A stretch of 64,000 nucleotides of DNA from the IMG/VR virus record IMGVR_UViG_3300010885_080481. One strand, written 5' to 3'. Positions 7,017-16,006 of this stretch are shown here, piece by piece. The notes below the pieces were generated by a model, which made no database searches, was not told where the DNA came from, and saw only the letters and a program-made list of their open reading frames with translations. The stretch is from a virus (lineage: Duplodnaviria > Caudoviricetes). Position numbers and translations under genes: made by a program. Position 1 is the stretch's first letter, and every line of letters begins with the position of its first letter.

Positions 7017-7298
7017 ATGGCGAAAAATAAGACAGTTCAGAAGCGTTCCTCGGATTTGACAGTGCAGTATCCCCAAAAGATTACGTTCGATGAGCTTGCA
7101 GTGGTAGATGATGACACGTTGGGTAGCATGCACAAGAGCCACGTGGATGCGATCAATCGTATGTCAAGTCACGATCTCAACACGAGTCCATGGGAGATTG
7201 AGTTGTGTTATGTGCAGCGAGAGATGCAGATGAGGATCCTACGGAAGGAGTTACACACGAAGTATCTCTCTAACGTGGTTTCTCATGAGGTGGACTGA
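7017..7298 (+). CDS. hypothetical protein
   Basis: AGGAG before ATG 7017; WEIELCYVQRE helix. Confidence 0.7.
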   Translation: MAKNKTVQKRSSDLTVQYPQKITFDELAVVDDDTLGSMHKSHVDAINRMSSHDLNTSPWEIELCYVQREMQMRILRKELHTKYLSNVVSHEVD

Positions 7299-7300
7299 AG

Positions 7301-8128
7301 ATGAATTCCGAACCCCAAGGATTGAGAGAACGCTCTCGAGATCTCGCCGGAGACGGCGATGCAATGGGTTACTATTTAAACTCGTTAAAGAAGCATCAAC
7401 AGCTTAATCATGAACAGATGGTTGAGTTGTTCAAAATCTTAGAGGAAGGTGGGCCTACCTCTTCTAAGGTGAGGAATAAGCTGGTTGAAACCAACTTGAG
7501 ATTGGTCGTTTACGTTGCAAAACAATATAAACGACACAACATGCCTCTTGAAGACATTATTCAAGAGGGAAATTTGGGATTGATGAAGGCGATCGAGAAG
7601 TTCGACTGGCGGAAAGGTTTTAGATTTTCCACTTACGCCACTTGGTGGGTTCGACAAGCGATCGGTCAGCATATTCTAAAGAGAAAGAGAATCATTCGTA
7701 TGTCGGCCCATGCTGTCAACACACAAAAAAAGTTGATGTCGGCGGCCGAAGAATACCGATCAACCATGGGTTGCGAGCCGAGCGTGGAGGAACTGAAGGA
7801 GCTGACAGGAACGTCAGATATGATCTTCAATGCCACGACGATCAGCGGTCGGGCAATCATTTCTCTGGATCAACCTCTTTCATCAGATCCAGATTCTGAC
7901 ACAATTGAGGATAAGATTGGCGCGGATCTATCAGAGGATCCTATGCAGATAGTTTCTTCAAGGGAACTGTTGGGCGTTGCGAAAGAAGTCATGGAGCAAT
8001 TATCACCAAAAGAAGCGGCAATTTTGAGGTTACGGTTTGGGTTGGTTGAAGACGTTTCTGCTGATGATTCTTATAACTTGACGCAGGAAGAGGTGGCTTC
8101 AATTGCAGAAGGTCATGGGTTAACATGA
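7301..8128 (+). CDS. sigma-70 family RNA polymerase sigma factor (RpoD/RpoS-like), region 4.2 truncated
   Basis: LVETNLRLVV, DIIQEGNLGLMKAIEKFD, GFRFSTYATWWVRQAI, ISLDQP, LSPKEAAILRLRFGL; ends before the RER.RQIE helix. Confidence 0.9.
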   Translation: MNSEPQGLRERSRDLAGDGDAMGYYLNSLKKHQQLNHEQMVELFKILEEGGPTSSKVRNKLVETNLRLVVYVAKQYKRHNMPLEDIIQEGNLGLMKAIEKFDWRKGFRFSTYATWWVRQAIGQHILKRKRIIRMSAHAVNTQKKLMSAAEEYRSTMGCEPSVEELKELTGTSDMIFNATTISGRAIISLDQPLSSDPDSDTIEDKIGADLSEDPMQIVSSRELLGVAKEVMEQLSPKEAAILRLRFGLVEDVSADDSYNLTQEEVASIAEGHGLT

Positions 8129-8352
8129 TTGAGTATTTGATACTTTTCTTTTCTACTTTAAGCTGCGTTCTATCAGGGATAGCTTTTAGTCTGTTGCGTA
8201 AGATTGCTAAAGAGCAATCAGGACGTGAATCTTTTGATACTATGAAGCTAGAAGAGAACCTCAACACTCGTTTGAGAGATTTGCAGATGACTCAGTTTAG
8301 TTTACGAATGCCGAATTATCCGCGGCCGAGCGGTGTCACGAGGAAAAAATAA
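8125..8352 (+). CDS. hypothetical membrane protein
   Basis: N-terminal hydrophobic helix; ATGA overlap with sigma gene. Confidence 0.6.
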   Translation: MIEYLILFFSTLSCVLSGIAFSLLRKIAKEQSGRESFDTMKLEENLNTRLRDLQMTQFSLRMPNYPRPSGVTRKK

Positions 8353-8355
8353 TTT

Positions 8356-8655
8356 ATGACGATGAAAAAAGGTAGCAAATTTGACGGCGGATATGCGACA
8401 ATTGACGAGAATGGTGTTAATTATCGTGACATCGCTGAGACAATGACTCATCTCGGATATAAGATGAACCATTCATCAGCTCGTAATTATGTTTTACGTG
8501 TTATGCGAAAGTTTGTAGATGCTATTGCAGAGAAGCATGGAGTCGCGTTGACAAGCGATGATGCAAACAAGATTTCAAAGTCTCCGCTATTCCAAAGCGG
8601 AATTTATGACTTGCTGCAGGACTTAGATGTCCATAGAAAAATTGGTGAAAAATGA
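8356..8655 (+). CDS. putative HTH DNA-binding protein
   Basis: VNYRDIAETMTHLGYKMNHSSARNY helix-turn-helix pattern. Confidence 0.65.
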   Translation: MTMKKGSKFDGGYATIDENGVNYRDIAETMTHLGYKMNHSSARNYVLRVMRKFVDAIAEKHGVALTSDDANKISKSPLFQSGIYDLLQDLDVHRKIGEK

Positions 8656-9065
8656 AAGCGGTAAAATATCAAAAAAAATCTTTGATTAAACTAGAGAATT
8701 TGTTGAGGCGACGAAAAACGACGCTTTCCAAATTCTTACAAGAGAGAGGTATCACGACGTATCAGGCACTCGAGTCAGTTTGTTCTAGGCTAGGGGTTGT
8801 TACGCCTTCCTTTGAGGCATTTAACCTATGCATTCCTTCCTACGTATCAGATCCGACTGATGGTGTTATTGTTGTTCCGCCGCTAGACGTTGTAAATGAG
8901 GTGACGGGCGAGAAAGAAGACGTTGGAGATATTTTCGTTGCAATCTCGCCCGGGGCGACTTACGAAATCTCGATGATGGATAATGACGAGCAGATGTCTG
9001 GATCTGCAGACGTCGTTGACGTTCGCAGTTTTTCTCGTAAAAAGAATAAAAAGGCGGTTGGATGA
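8652..9065 (+). CDS. hypothetical protein
   Basis: Coupled ORF with ATGA overlaps. Confidence 0.65.
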   Translation: MKAVKYQKKSLIKLENLLRRRKTTLSKFLQERGITTYQALESVCSRLGVVTPSFEAFNLCIPSYVSDPTDGVIVVPPLDVVNEVTGEKEDVGDIFVAISPGATYEISMMDNDEQMSGSADVVDVRSFSRKKNKKAVG

Positions 9066-9334
9066 AGATGAGACGTGTTGTTTATGATATTGAAAATTTC
9101 AAGCAAGAAAAGAAACACAACAAGACCCCAGAAGATTCTCAAAACTGGTTATTTGAAAAGCGGAACATGGCTTTAAAACTCATCAACAATGCTTCAGCTT
9201 TGTCTGATGCCGTCGGTGTTTGTAACCATGTTCTGGAAAAGAATCCAGATTCGGAGTTAAAATTTGCAGTTGAAAAAATCAACAAGGTTATTGAAGAGCT
9301 AAAAAAAGACTTTAAGAAGAATTACACATTCTAG
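9062..9334 (+). CDS. hypothetical protein
   Basis: Coupled ORF. Confidence 0.6.
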   Translation: MKMRRVVYDIENFKQEKKHNKTPEDSQNWLFEKRNMALKLINNASALSDAVGVCNHVLEKNPDSELKFAVEKINKVIEELKKDFKKNYTF

Positions 9335-9341
9335 GTCACTC

Positions 9342-10073
9342 ATGAACAAACGAACTATGTTATCTCAACGTAATGTTTACATGAGATTGGCGTTAGAGAA
9401 ATTTCTTAGTTCAAAATGTGTAGAGTACCTCGACAAAGAAGAATTGGCAAATTTAAACTCCGCATTTCTTTCTCTAACACCAGGAGAGAATATCCACGTT
9501 TTTAAATTGGAAGTCGTCTTTCCTTTAGAAAAAAAATCGATATTTCGGGGGATTGTTGCCGTTGTCAGTTTTGCGTGGAACGTAGCAAAAGAAAATGAAG
9601 TGGACAAACAAGGAAATCTTTGGTCGGTTTACGAATTTATGCCGACTCTTTCTCTTAAAGAGCGTTATTCTCTTTCAGGGGAAATACTGAAATATTGGGT
9701 AGAATGTATCTCTAGCATCTTACATCTTTTAGATGATATAAAATCGTTAAATATTCCTCGTAAAGTCAAAGAAATGACGTGCACCAATGAGGAACGATTA
9801 AGAATCGAGTTGCAAAAAAAATATGAAGAATCTTGTGCGGCTTTATCAAGATATTTTCGAACTTCAGAAGGAAAAAAGTTAAGATTAAATTTAAGGAAAA
9901 AAGGTAAACAAAAAAAAATACCTCTCAAGTTTATATCTGAATTTTTGTTAGATAGTTCACGCAAAAAATACGAATTTAAAGTTCGAGAGAATGACTCTTC
10001 TTATTTCAGCAAGTATAGAAGATATTCTATCTTAGTCGAAAATGACTGCGCCTTAATAAGAAGAGAAGAGTGA
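9342..10073 (+). CDS. hypothetical protein
   Basis: 243 aa ORF, AT-rich. Confidence 0.65.
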   Translation: MNKRTMLSQRNVYMRLALEKFLSSKCVEYLDKEELANLNSAFLSLTPGENIHVFKLEVVFPLEKKSIFRGIVAVVSFAWNVAKENEVDKQGNLWSVYEFMPTLSLKERYSLSGEILKYWVECISSILHLLDDIKSLNIPRKVKEMTCTNEERLRIELQKKYEESCAALSRYFRTSEGKKLRLNLRKKGKQKKIPLKFISEFLLDSSRKKYEFKVRENDSSYFSKYRRYSILVENDCALIRREE

Positions 10074-10105
10074 AATGTCTAAATTTTGTTTGTTATAATA
10101 ACAAC

Positions 10106-11461
10106 ATGTCAACAGTAATTGATGTCCTCGAAGCGCTCGAGTCTGATAATTCAAGAATCTTCAAAGAAGATCTTCTTGATAGGTGCAAAGGAAATTCTTT
10201 GCTCAAAAAAGTCTTTGTCGCGGCATTCGATCCGTATTCAAACTACTACGTCAAAAAATTTAAGTCATCCAAAAGTTTCAATAGAGTTGATGATGATGAT
10301 ACTGTCATCGAACGATTTCTGAACTTGATCGGACAAGAGCTAGCAACTCGAAAAATCACGGGTAATGATGCCAAGAGTGCCGTGGAACAGTTCTTTTTAG
10401 AACTAGATGAACGTCAAGCAAAGTGGTGCCAACGAATTCTTCTTAAGAATTTAAGATGTGGAGTTCAAGAAACGACCGTAAATAAGGTGTGGCCTGGTAC
10501 CATCAAGAAATTCACCGTTCAACTTGCGGATAGCCTTGAAACACATCACGATCCTAACGCAGGCATTCAAATTAAGGATCAAATCATTTATCCTGTCCGG
10601 GTTGAACCTAAGTTAGATGGGTTACGATGCATCGCTGTGAAGCTAGCTGGCGAAGTTACTCTGTTTACGCGTAGCGGATCAATACTAGAGACTCTACCTA
10701 AGATTAAGTCGATTTTGGAAAATGTAGGGTGGGATAATTTTGTTCTCGATGGAGAGATCATGGGATCTGACTGGAATGAGTCTGCGTCCGTTGTGATGTC
10801 TCACAAAAAGAACAAAGATGATTCCAACATGATCTTACACGTTTTTGACGCGATGCCTTTCGACGATTGGCGTGATCAAAACAATGAGATGTCTCTAGCT
10901 GACAGAGCCATTCTAGCCCATAAGTTGGTCGAACAGGTCGCTGACAAGTCCATTGCAATTGTCGAAGGTAAGGTTGTCAATGATCAGCATGCTCTTTTAG
11001 AGTTTTATTCTGCAAAGATGGAAGCAGGATACGAAGGCATTATGGTAAAGAAGTTGGATTCTAATTACGTTTTCAAACGCTCCAACTCAGTCCTCAAGCT
11101 TAAGCCAGTGTCTACCTACGAAGGAGTAGTGGTAGGAAACTACCTGGGAACTCGAGGTTCAAAGAGAGAGGGCATGTGGGCAGGATTTGAAGTTGTTTTG
11201 CCGAACGGCGTTGTGACGAGGGTCGGTGGTGGGTTCACCGACAAGATTAAGGCAGAGATCGGAATGAACCCCGCCGCATGGCTCGGCAAGGTGATTGAGA
11301 TGGAAGGTCAGCCAGATCCTGCTACAAAAAATGGACTAACCAAGGATGGCCGAATCAGGTTTCCTGTCTTTGTTAGAGAGAGATCAAAAGATGACGTTGA
11401 CGTAGTTGTATTAATCGCAGGAGAAAAGTTTATAAACAAAAATATTGAACAGTTTGTTTGA
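10106..11461 (+). CDS. lig: ATP-dependent DNA ligase (T4 gp30-like)
   Basis: EPKLDGLR (KxDG), FVLDGE, YEGIMVK, VLKLKP, OB-fold VGGGFTD, IRFPVF; start reassigned to ATG 10106 behind GTGAAA-N18-TATAAT-N6. Confidence 0.93.
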   Translation: MSTVIDVLEALESDNSRIFKEDLLDRCKGNSLLKKVFVAAFDPYSNYYVKKFKSSKSFNRVDDDDTVIERFLNLIGQELATRKITGNDAKSAVEQFFLELDERQAKWCQRILLKNLRCGVQETTVNKVWPGTIKKFTVQLADSLETHHDPNAGIQIKDQIIYPVRVEPKLDGLRCIAVKLAGEVTLFTRSGSILETLPKIKSILENVGWDNFVLDGEIMGSDWNESASVVMSHKKNKDDSNMILHVFDAMPFDDWRDQNNEMSLADRAILAHKLVEQVADKSIAIVEGKVVNDQHALLEFYSAKMEAGYEGIMVKKLDSNYVFKRSNSVLKLKPVSTYEGVVVGNYLGTRGSKREGMWAGFEVVLPNGVVTRVGGGFTDKIKAEIGMNPAAWLGKVIEMEGQPDPATKNGLTKDGRIRFPVFVRERSKDDVDVVVLIAGEKFINKNIEQFV

Positions 11462-11529
11462 TAATGATATAGTTATCGTCGAAGTTGTAATACAATTGAA
11501 CACAGCTTCGTTACAGGAGATTATTTAAA

Positions 11530-11760
11530 ATGACAAAGGTATTATCAGTAGTTCTTGCCGCTCTTTTTATCGCTGCATGTGCCGCCACAGATGCACCAGC
11601 TCCAGCCGCTTCTGCTTCAGCTGAGGTAGTTGTTGATGTTGCTGCCTCGGTTTCGGCAGCAGCTCCAGTTGAGAGTGCTGCACTTGCTGCTACGCCAGCT
11701 TCGGCTGCGCCTGTTGCAACAGTTGCTCCCAGCGCAACAGCAACAGCAGCTACAAAGTGA
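11530..11760 (+). CDS. Ala-rich lipoprotein
   Basis: Signal peptide with canonical lipobox IAAC; low-complexity A/P/S/T body; AGGAG SD. Confidence 0.7.
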   Translation: MTKVLSVVLAALFIAACAATDAPAPAASASAEVVVDVAASVSAAAPVESAALAATPASAAPVATVAPSATATAATK

Positions 11761-11768
11761 TGAACATT

Positions 11769-11796
11769 TGAAGGTTATAAATTATTATAACCTTCA
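11769..11796. promoter_or_regulatory. 28-bp palindrome overlapping the putative tRNA promoter
   Basis: TGAAGGTTATAA-ATTA-TTATAACCTTCA; ATGAAC(11760)-N17-TATTAT(11783). Confidence 0.6.
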
Positions 11797-11800
11797 TATT

Positions 11801-11872
11801 GGTCCCATCGTCTAACGGTTAGGATACGTGATTTTCACTCACATAATCGGGGTTCGATTCCCCGTGGGATCG
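11801..11872 (+). tRNA. trnE: tRNA-Glu (anticodon UUC), CCA not encoded
   Basis: Acceptor GGTCCCA/TGGGATC, D-arm GTCTAACGGTTAGGA, loop TT-TTC-AC, T-arm CGGGGTTCGATTCCCCG. Confidence 0.92.
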
Positions 11873-11875
11873 CTG

Positions 11876-11899
11876 AAAGCCATCAAAGATGGCTTTTTT
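11876..11899 (+). terminator. intrinsic terminator after tRNA
   Basis: AAAGCCATC-AAA-GATGGCTTT followed by TTT. Confidence 0.8.
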
Positions 11900-11902
11900 A
11901 TT

Positions 11903-12097
11903 ATGAATTCTTTACCAAAAATAGGCGAAAGAATAGTGGTTTACGGTTTGCCACAAGAAGCAAAGGTAGCATCCGTTCAATGGGATACTACCTTTTTTGA
12001 TTGGATTATCGGTTTAGATTGGGGAAATTACGGAACTTCAAAAGTTAAGTTACATGATGAATTTAAGATTTGGTATAGAATTTCAACGGTAAATTAG
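11903..12097 (+). CDS. hypothetical protein
   Basis: ATG 11903 (MNSLPKIGERIVV...); the ORF-track start lies inside the tRNA. Confidence 0.6.
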   Translation: MNSLPKIGERIVVYGLPQEAKVASVQWDTTFFDWIIGLDWGNYGTSKVKLHDEFKIWYRISTVN

Positions 12098-12435
12098 TCA
12101 GATTCTACTTTTTTGAGAACATTCATCACTTTAATAGTGTCTTGTTCAGAAGCATCAATCAATTTTGCAACCATATCACCGAATATCTGATTGTCGTTAG
12201 AATTTCTTTTTCCTAAACGAAGATTCGTCACGGCTGTTTTCAATTTTGCTCCATCGAGGCCAAGGGTTTTTGCAATTTTATTGACGTCAAGCGTACCTTC
12301 AGCTCCAGTGGCAGTTTGAGTACCAGACTTTGCAGGTTTAGATCCTGCGTTAGCAGGATCTGTAGGGGCGGCCTCGTTCAATTTTAGTAATTCTTTTTTA
12401 ATGATTTGTCGAAGTTGCGATTCTGTGATTTTCAT
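12094..12435 (-). CDS. hypothetical protein with capsid-targeting-like N-terminus
   Basis: MKITESQLRQIIKKELLKLNEA leader. Confidence 0.75.
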   Translation of the reverse strand: MKITESQLRQIIKKELLKLNEAAPTDPANAGSKPAKSGTQTATGAEGTLDVNKIAKTLGLDGAKLKTAVTNLRLGKRNSNDNQIFGDMVAKLIDASEQDTIKVMNVLKKVESD

Positions 12436-12506
12436 GTTAATCCTGTGGCAACAATAAACGTATATATCTATGTAGCAACAAAAAGAAGTTTCATTTCACG
12501 TAATGC

Positions 12507-12881
12507 TTATCTTGCCTTAAAAATATTATTTTTAACCACCAACGGATTATCCTTTATTTTCCAAAATTGTTTTTCTAGCGGTGGTTCTTGTCCTTCCTTA
12601 AACCACATTAATTTGCGGCCTTTGGTAGAATCATAAACACCTATAATCGTTATTTGTCCTGCATGAATTAAGTCATGGCAGATATGACATACGATACTAA
12701 GATTATAATTGTTGTTAGTACATCTAGGATCGCATCGCGGAATGATGTGATGAATGTTGAGAGCTGCTGGATTGTTGTATCCACAAATTTCGCAGGTTTC
12801 TTTGAGTAACTTTATTTGCCCTCTGTGCCTCTTGGATTCCACGGATTGAATATAAGATAAAAATGGATCGTGTGTACACAC
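12507..12881 (-). CDS. HNH endonuclease
   Basis: CEICG...IHHIIP...N..NL..VCHICHDLIH. Confidence 0.85.
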   Translation of the reverse strand: MCTHDPFLSYIQSVESKRHRGQIKLLKETCEICGYNNPAALNIHHIIPRCDPRCTNNNYNLSIVCHICHDLIHAGQITIIGVYDSTKGRKLMWFKEGQEPPLEKQFWKIKDNPLVVKNNIFKAR

Positions 12882-12915
12882 GATCCATTATCCATTTTAT
12901 TCATGATTTCTTAAA

Positions 12916-13356
12916 TCAAATCCCGCTGATGGTGCAGCTACCAGAAGCAGCCATGACTAAAAATGATCTTCCATCGCTTATAAGAGAAACTGATTTATTT
13001 GTTCCTGTTTCTAAAGTTAATTTGCTACCTTGGTTATTAGGCGTTGTTCCTGCCATGCCAGCAAATACTTTCGTGCCACCAGTTTCTTGAGAACCTGTTA
13101 GATTGTGGGGGGATCCGTCTGAAGTACGAAACACGAATACTCCTCCTGGAACAGACGACGCGAGTGGCATGATCCAAGTGGTGGCGAAGTCGTAATTTAA
13201 GTCGTATGCGCCAGGTCTCGTTATATTTCCTGGGTTAGTTTTCAATGAAACTCTTACCGTAGGAAGAGAACTCATAGAAATAGAAGAATTTATTTGTAAT
13301 CCAGATCCTTCCTCTTCTACTACCCCCCTTGAATCGTCGATAGTTATTTTAGACAT
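12916..13356 (-). CDS. putative virion structural protein, paralog 1
   Basis: MSKITIDDSRGVV..GSGL; near-identical C-terminus to 13377-13817. Confidence 0.7.
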   Translation of the reverse strand: MSKITIDDSRGVVEEEGSGLQINSSISMSSLPTVRVSLKTNPGNITRPGAYDLNYDFATTWIMPLASSVPGGVFVFRTSDGSPHNLTGSQETGGTKVFAGMAGTTPNNQGSKLTLETGTNKSVSLISDGRSFLVMAASGSCTISGI

Positions 13357-13376
13357 GATTTTTGTTCTTTCGTTAA

Positions 13377-13817
13377 TCAAATCCCGCTGATGACGCAGCT
13401 ACCAGAAGCAGCCATGACAAGGAATTTATTTCCGTCGCTGATAAGTGCGACGGAAGACCCTTGGACATTTTCAAGAGCTAGTGCGCTGCCTTCGTTAGCG
13501 GGAGTAGCACCTGCCATGCCAGCAAACACTTTCTTACCGCTAGTTTCTTGAGAACCTGTTAAAACGTGAGCGTGAGCTGAAGCACTTCTAAAAACGAAAG
13601 TTCCTCCGGCGACTGAAGACGCAAGAGGCATCACCCAAGTCAATGCTGAAGAGCCAGATAATGTATAAACGCCAGGCACGTTCAATGTGCCAGCTGAAGT
13701 TTGTGATGAAACAGCCGTAGTTGGCAAAGAAGTTAGAGAAATTGAAGAATTGATCTGCAACCCTGAACCTGCAGATTGAATGAGACCTTGCGAATCACTA
13801 ATGGTTACTTTTGGCAT
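13377..13817 (-). CDS. putative virion structural protein, paralog 2
   Basis: MPKVTISDSQGLIQSAGSGL; Ser/Gly/Thr beta-rich. Confidence 0.75.
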   Translation of the reverse strand: MPKVTISDSQGLIQSAGSGLQINSSISLTSLPTTAVSSQTSAGTLNVPGVYTLSGSSALTWVMPLASSVAGGTFVFRSASAHAHVLTGSQETSGKKVFAGMAGATPANEGSALALENVQGSSVALISDGNKFLVMAASGSCVISGI

Positions 13818-13870
13818 GATTTTCCCCCATGAAAGATGGTTATGGGTAATTATTGTCTAATTAGTAAAAT

Positions 13871-15250
13871 TTAAATAGGATTTTGGTTAATAATTCCTGA
13901 AATCCATGGTCCCGTATAAAATTCTTCAACTCTGCGTCTATCACCTTTGGCAACAGTAAAGGCGACGGCAGCTCCGGCAGATGAAGATGTAGTATTTGCA
14001 GATTGGTTGGGCACATCATTACCTGTCGTCGGGTCGAACCCTAAAATAGATCCGTCGGCTTTTACTCCTCCAAACCATCCTGTTTTAGTGTATCCATTAC
14101 CCATTACATACAACCAATTTGAATTACCGGGGGTTCCATCAGGCCATCCTCCTCGTTCGAGCGGTGTCTTTGGAGTATCTCCATGGACTGTGATGACTAC
14201 GTTGTCGGCAAGGGTCTTTCCTGAACATGTTGGATCGGGTGTTGCTGCAAGGTCATTCATGAACTCATCAAGGATGAGTCCTAGATGATTCACTGTGGCA
14301 AGTAGGGTTCCCATGTCAGCAAATGCTCCGTGAGGATCGTCTCGCATGACAGGAAGTGCCACGCAAGATGTGAGACCTAACTTGAAAGCCTTCGATGTGG
14401 TGATGAGAGTCTTTGCCAACTCACGTAGCTTATTAGGCGTAGAGTCTACAACGCCGTATCTCATTAGGTCATCTTGGGTTGGTTCCAAGAGTGCTGCCAG
14501 GTTTTTTCCAAGGAAGTTTGCACTCTTCTTTCCGATGTCTAGAGGACGTTGAACAGTTGGCCTAGTAGCAGCTGTATTTAGACCGAGGAATGTCTTGTAG
14601 TATGCCTCAAAGAGTTGTGCATCGCTCTCTACTTCGAGGATAGATCGGCTTGCGGCGCTGTTGAACAACTGAACCATGCCATCCGCGTTTCCTACCGTGG
14701 CAAGTTGAGGTGCACCAGGCGCAGTCCCGAATGCAAGAGGTGTAATGCCGATGACGGGAAGAAGCGTTGGATTTGCCCTTTGAACGGAAGAGCAAACTGC
14801 CAGCATGCTTTGACCTGCTCCTACCGACGCGGCAGATCCAGGTGTAGGTGTGTGGGTCTGGTTAGTACCTGCCATGAATGCAGAGATCCTCTTCAATTTA
14901 TCTCTTTTTGTCCACGGTGATTGTGGAACATGATACAATGTCTTATCGGTGTCTGTGGCTTTAAGCTGTTGTCCCTGGGCATGGAATGCGAAATTATTAT
15001 TGGTTGATGTGGCTACTTCATTGTGAGGCCATAATAACTGGAACCATGCGAATCCACCATCACCTGCCACGAGATGAACTGATCTCATTGTGGTTGAGCA
15101 TGAGGCCTCGTCCGCCATCGCAGAACCTGCAGAATCGCTAATAACATTTAACACTTGTGATCGATCGAGGGCCAGAGCTGCGCCTGCGGCTGCGGTCCAC
15201 TTTAGGAATCTTCTTCTTGATTGTCCACGTAGATCTTTTAGGTTTGACAT
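13871..15250 (-). CDS. Tat-exported DUF1501-like protein
   Basis: SRRRFLK twin-arginine signal; overall pattern (GG.AWF...RDDPHG...VHGDTPK) resembles bacterial DUF1501 proteins; start reassigned to ATG 15250. Confidence 0.7.
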   Translation of the reverse strand: MSNLKDLRGQSRRRFLKWTAAAGAALALDRSQVLNVISDSAGSAMADEASCSTTMRSVHLVAGDGGFAWFQLLWPHNEVATSTNNNFAFHAQGQQLKATDTDKTLYHVPQSPWTKRDKLKRISAFMAGTNQTHTPTPGSAASVGAGQSMLAVCSSVQRANPTLLPVIGITPLAFGTAPGAPQLATVGNADGMVQLFNSAASRSILEVESDAQLFEAYYKTFLGLNTAATRPTVQRPLDIGKKSANFLGKNLAALLEPTQDDLMRYGVVDSTPNKLRELAKTLITTSKAFKLGLTSCVALPVMRDDPHGAFADMGTLLATVNHLGLILDEFMNDLAATPDPTCSGKTLADNVVITVHGDTPKTPLERGGWPDGTPGNSNWLYVMGNGYTKTGWFGGVKADGSILGFDPTTGNDVPNQSANTTSSSAGAAVAFTVAKGDRRRVEEFYTGPWISGIINQNPI

Positions 15251-15260
15251 TGTTTTCCTT

Positions 15261-15989
15261 TCACTCGCAAGAATGTGCTGCGGATAGCAAAGTTGCGATT
15301 GCGATTGCTTGACCCTTTTCAGGAGTTGATGCATTAATGACCAAGTCAGTACAAATCGCAAGGTGTTGTTGCGTGGCAGGTTTTCCTAAGAGACACGTCA
15401 CACCAGCCTCCAAACACCAACCATTCTCATCAAAGATGGGTGCTCCGACGCCTGACTCCTGACACTGTGCCATAGATGGAAGTGCAGCAATGATTTCCGG
15501 TGCCGCTTGAACGAAGATGTCGAATTGCTTCGCTGCGCCTGAAGATGTCCATACTGTCGTCTCACCAACTCGTGCATCATAGACAGCAGCGCCCAACGGG
15601 CCTGTTCCGTCATTCAACAATTGTCCTGCTGTCGGAGGATCTCCTGTTGCTGATAGATTAACACCGAAATTTTCTAGAATATTTCGTAATGTCGCAACTG
15701 GAATCTTCTGACAGGAATGCAACCTCGTCCTGATCTCCGGCGGGCCCTCATCCTGACGTTGGGCGAGCACCTCCAAGGGATCCTTGTTTCCGTCTTCACC
15801 TAGTCCTGACATATGATCGAAAGTGTTGTCTTCGCTGCCCGTGTAATCGTCAGGAGGCGGAGGTTCCTCAGGTGGTGGGTCTGTTTTGGGATCTTCGACA
15901 GGTGGTAGGAGACCATCAGGTGTATCTAGACCGCAGGATAGGCTAAGGAAGGCCAATGGGAGGCTCAAGAATAATCTTTTGTAATTCAT
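15261..15989 (-). CDS. putative lipoprotein of DUF1501-like operon
   Basis: Signal peptide ending SLSC, Pro-rich linker, several Cys; AGGA upstream. Confidence 0.7.
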   Translation of the reverse strand: MNYKRLFLSLPLAFLSLSCGLDTPDGLLPPVEDPKTDPPPEEPPPPDDYTGSEDNTFDHMSGLGEDGNKDPLEVLAQRQDEGPPEIRTRLHSCQKIPVATLRNILENFGVNLSATGDPPTAGQLLNDGTGPLGAAVYDARVGETTVWTSSGAAKQFDIFVQAAPEIIAALPSMAQCQESGVGAPIFDENGWCLEAGVTCLLGKPATQQHLAICTDLVINASTPEKGQAIAIATLLSAAHSCE

Positions 15990-16006
15990 ATGATGTTTTT
16001 CCTGCT

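Noticed and set aside
11828-11902. GTG start of ORF 11828-12097
   Set aside because: It falls inside the tRNA and terminator; ATG 11903 is preferred
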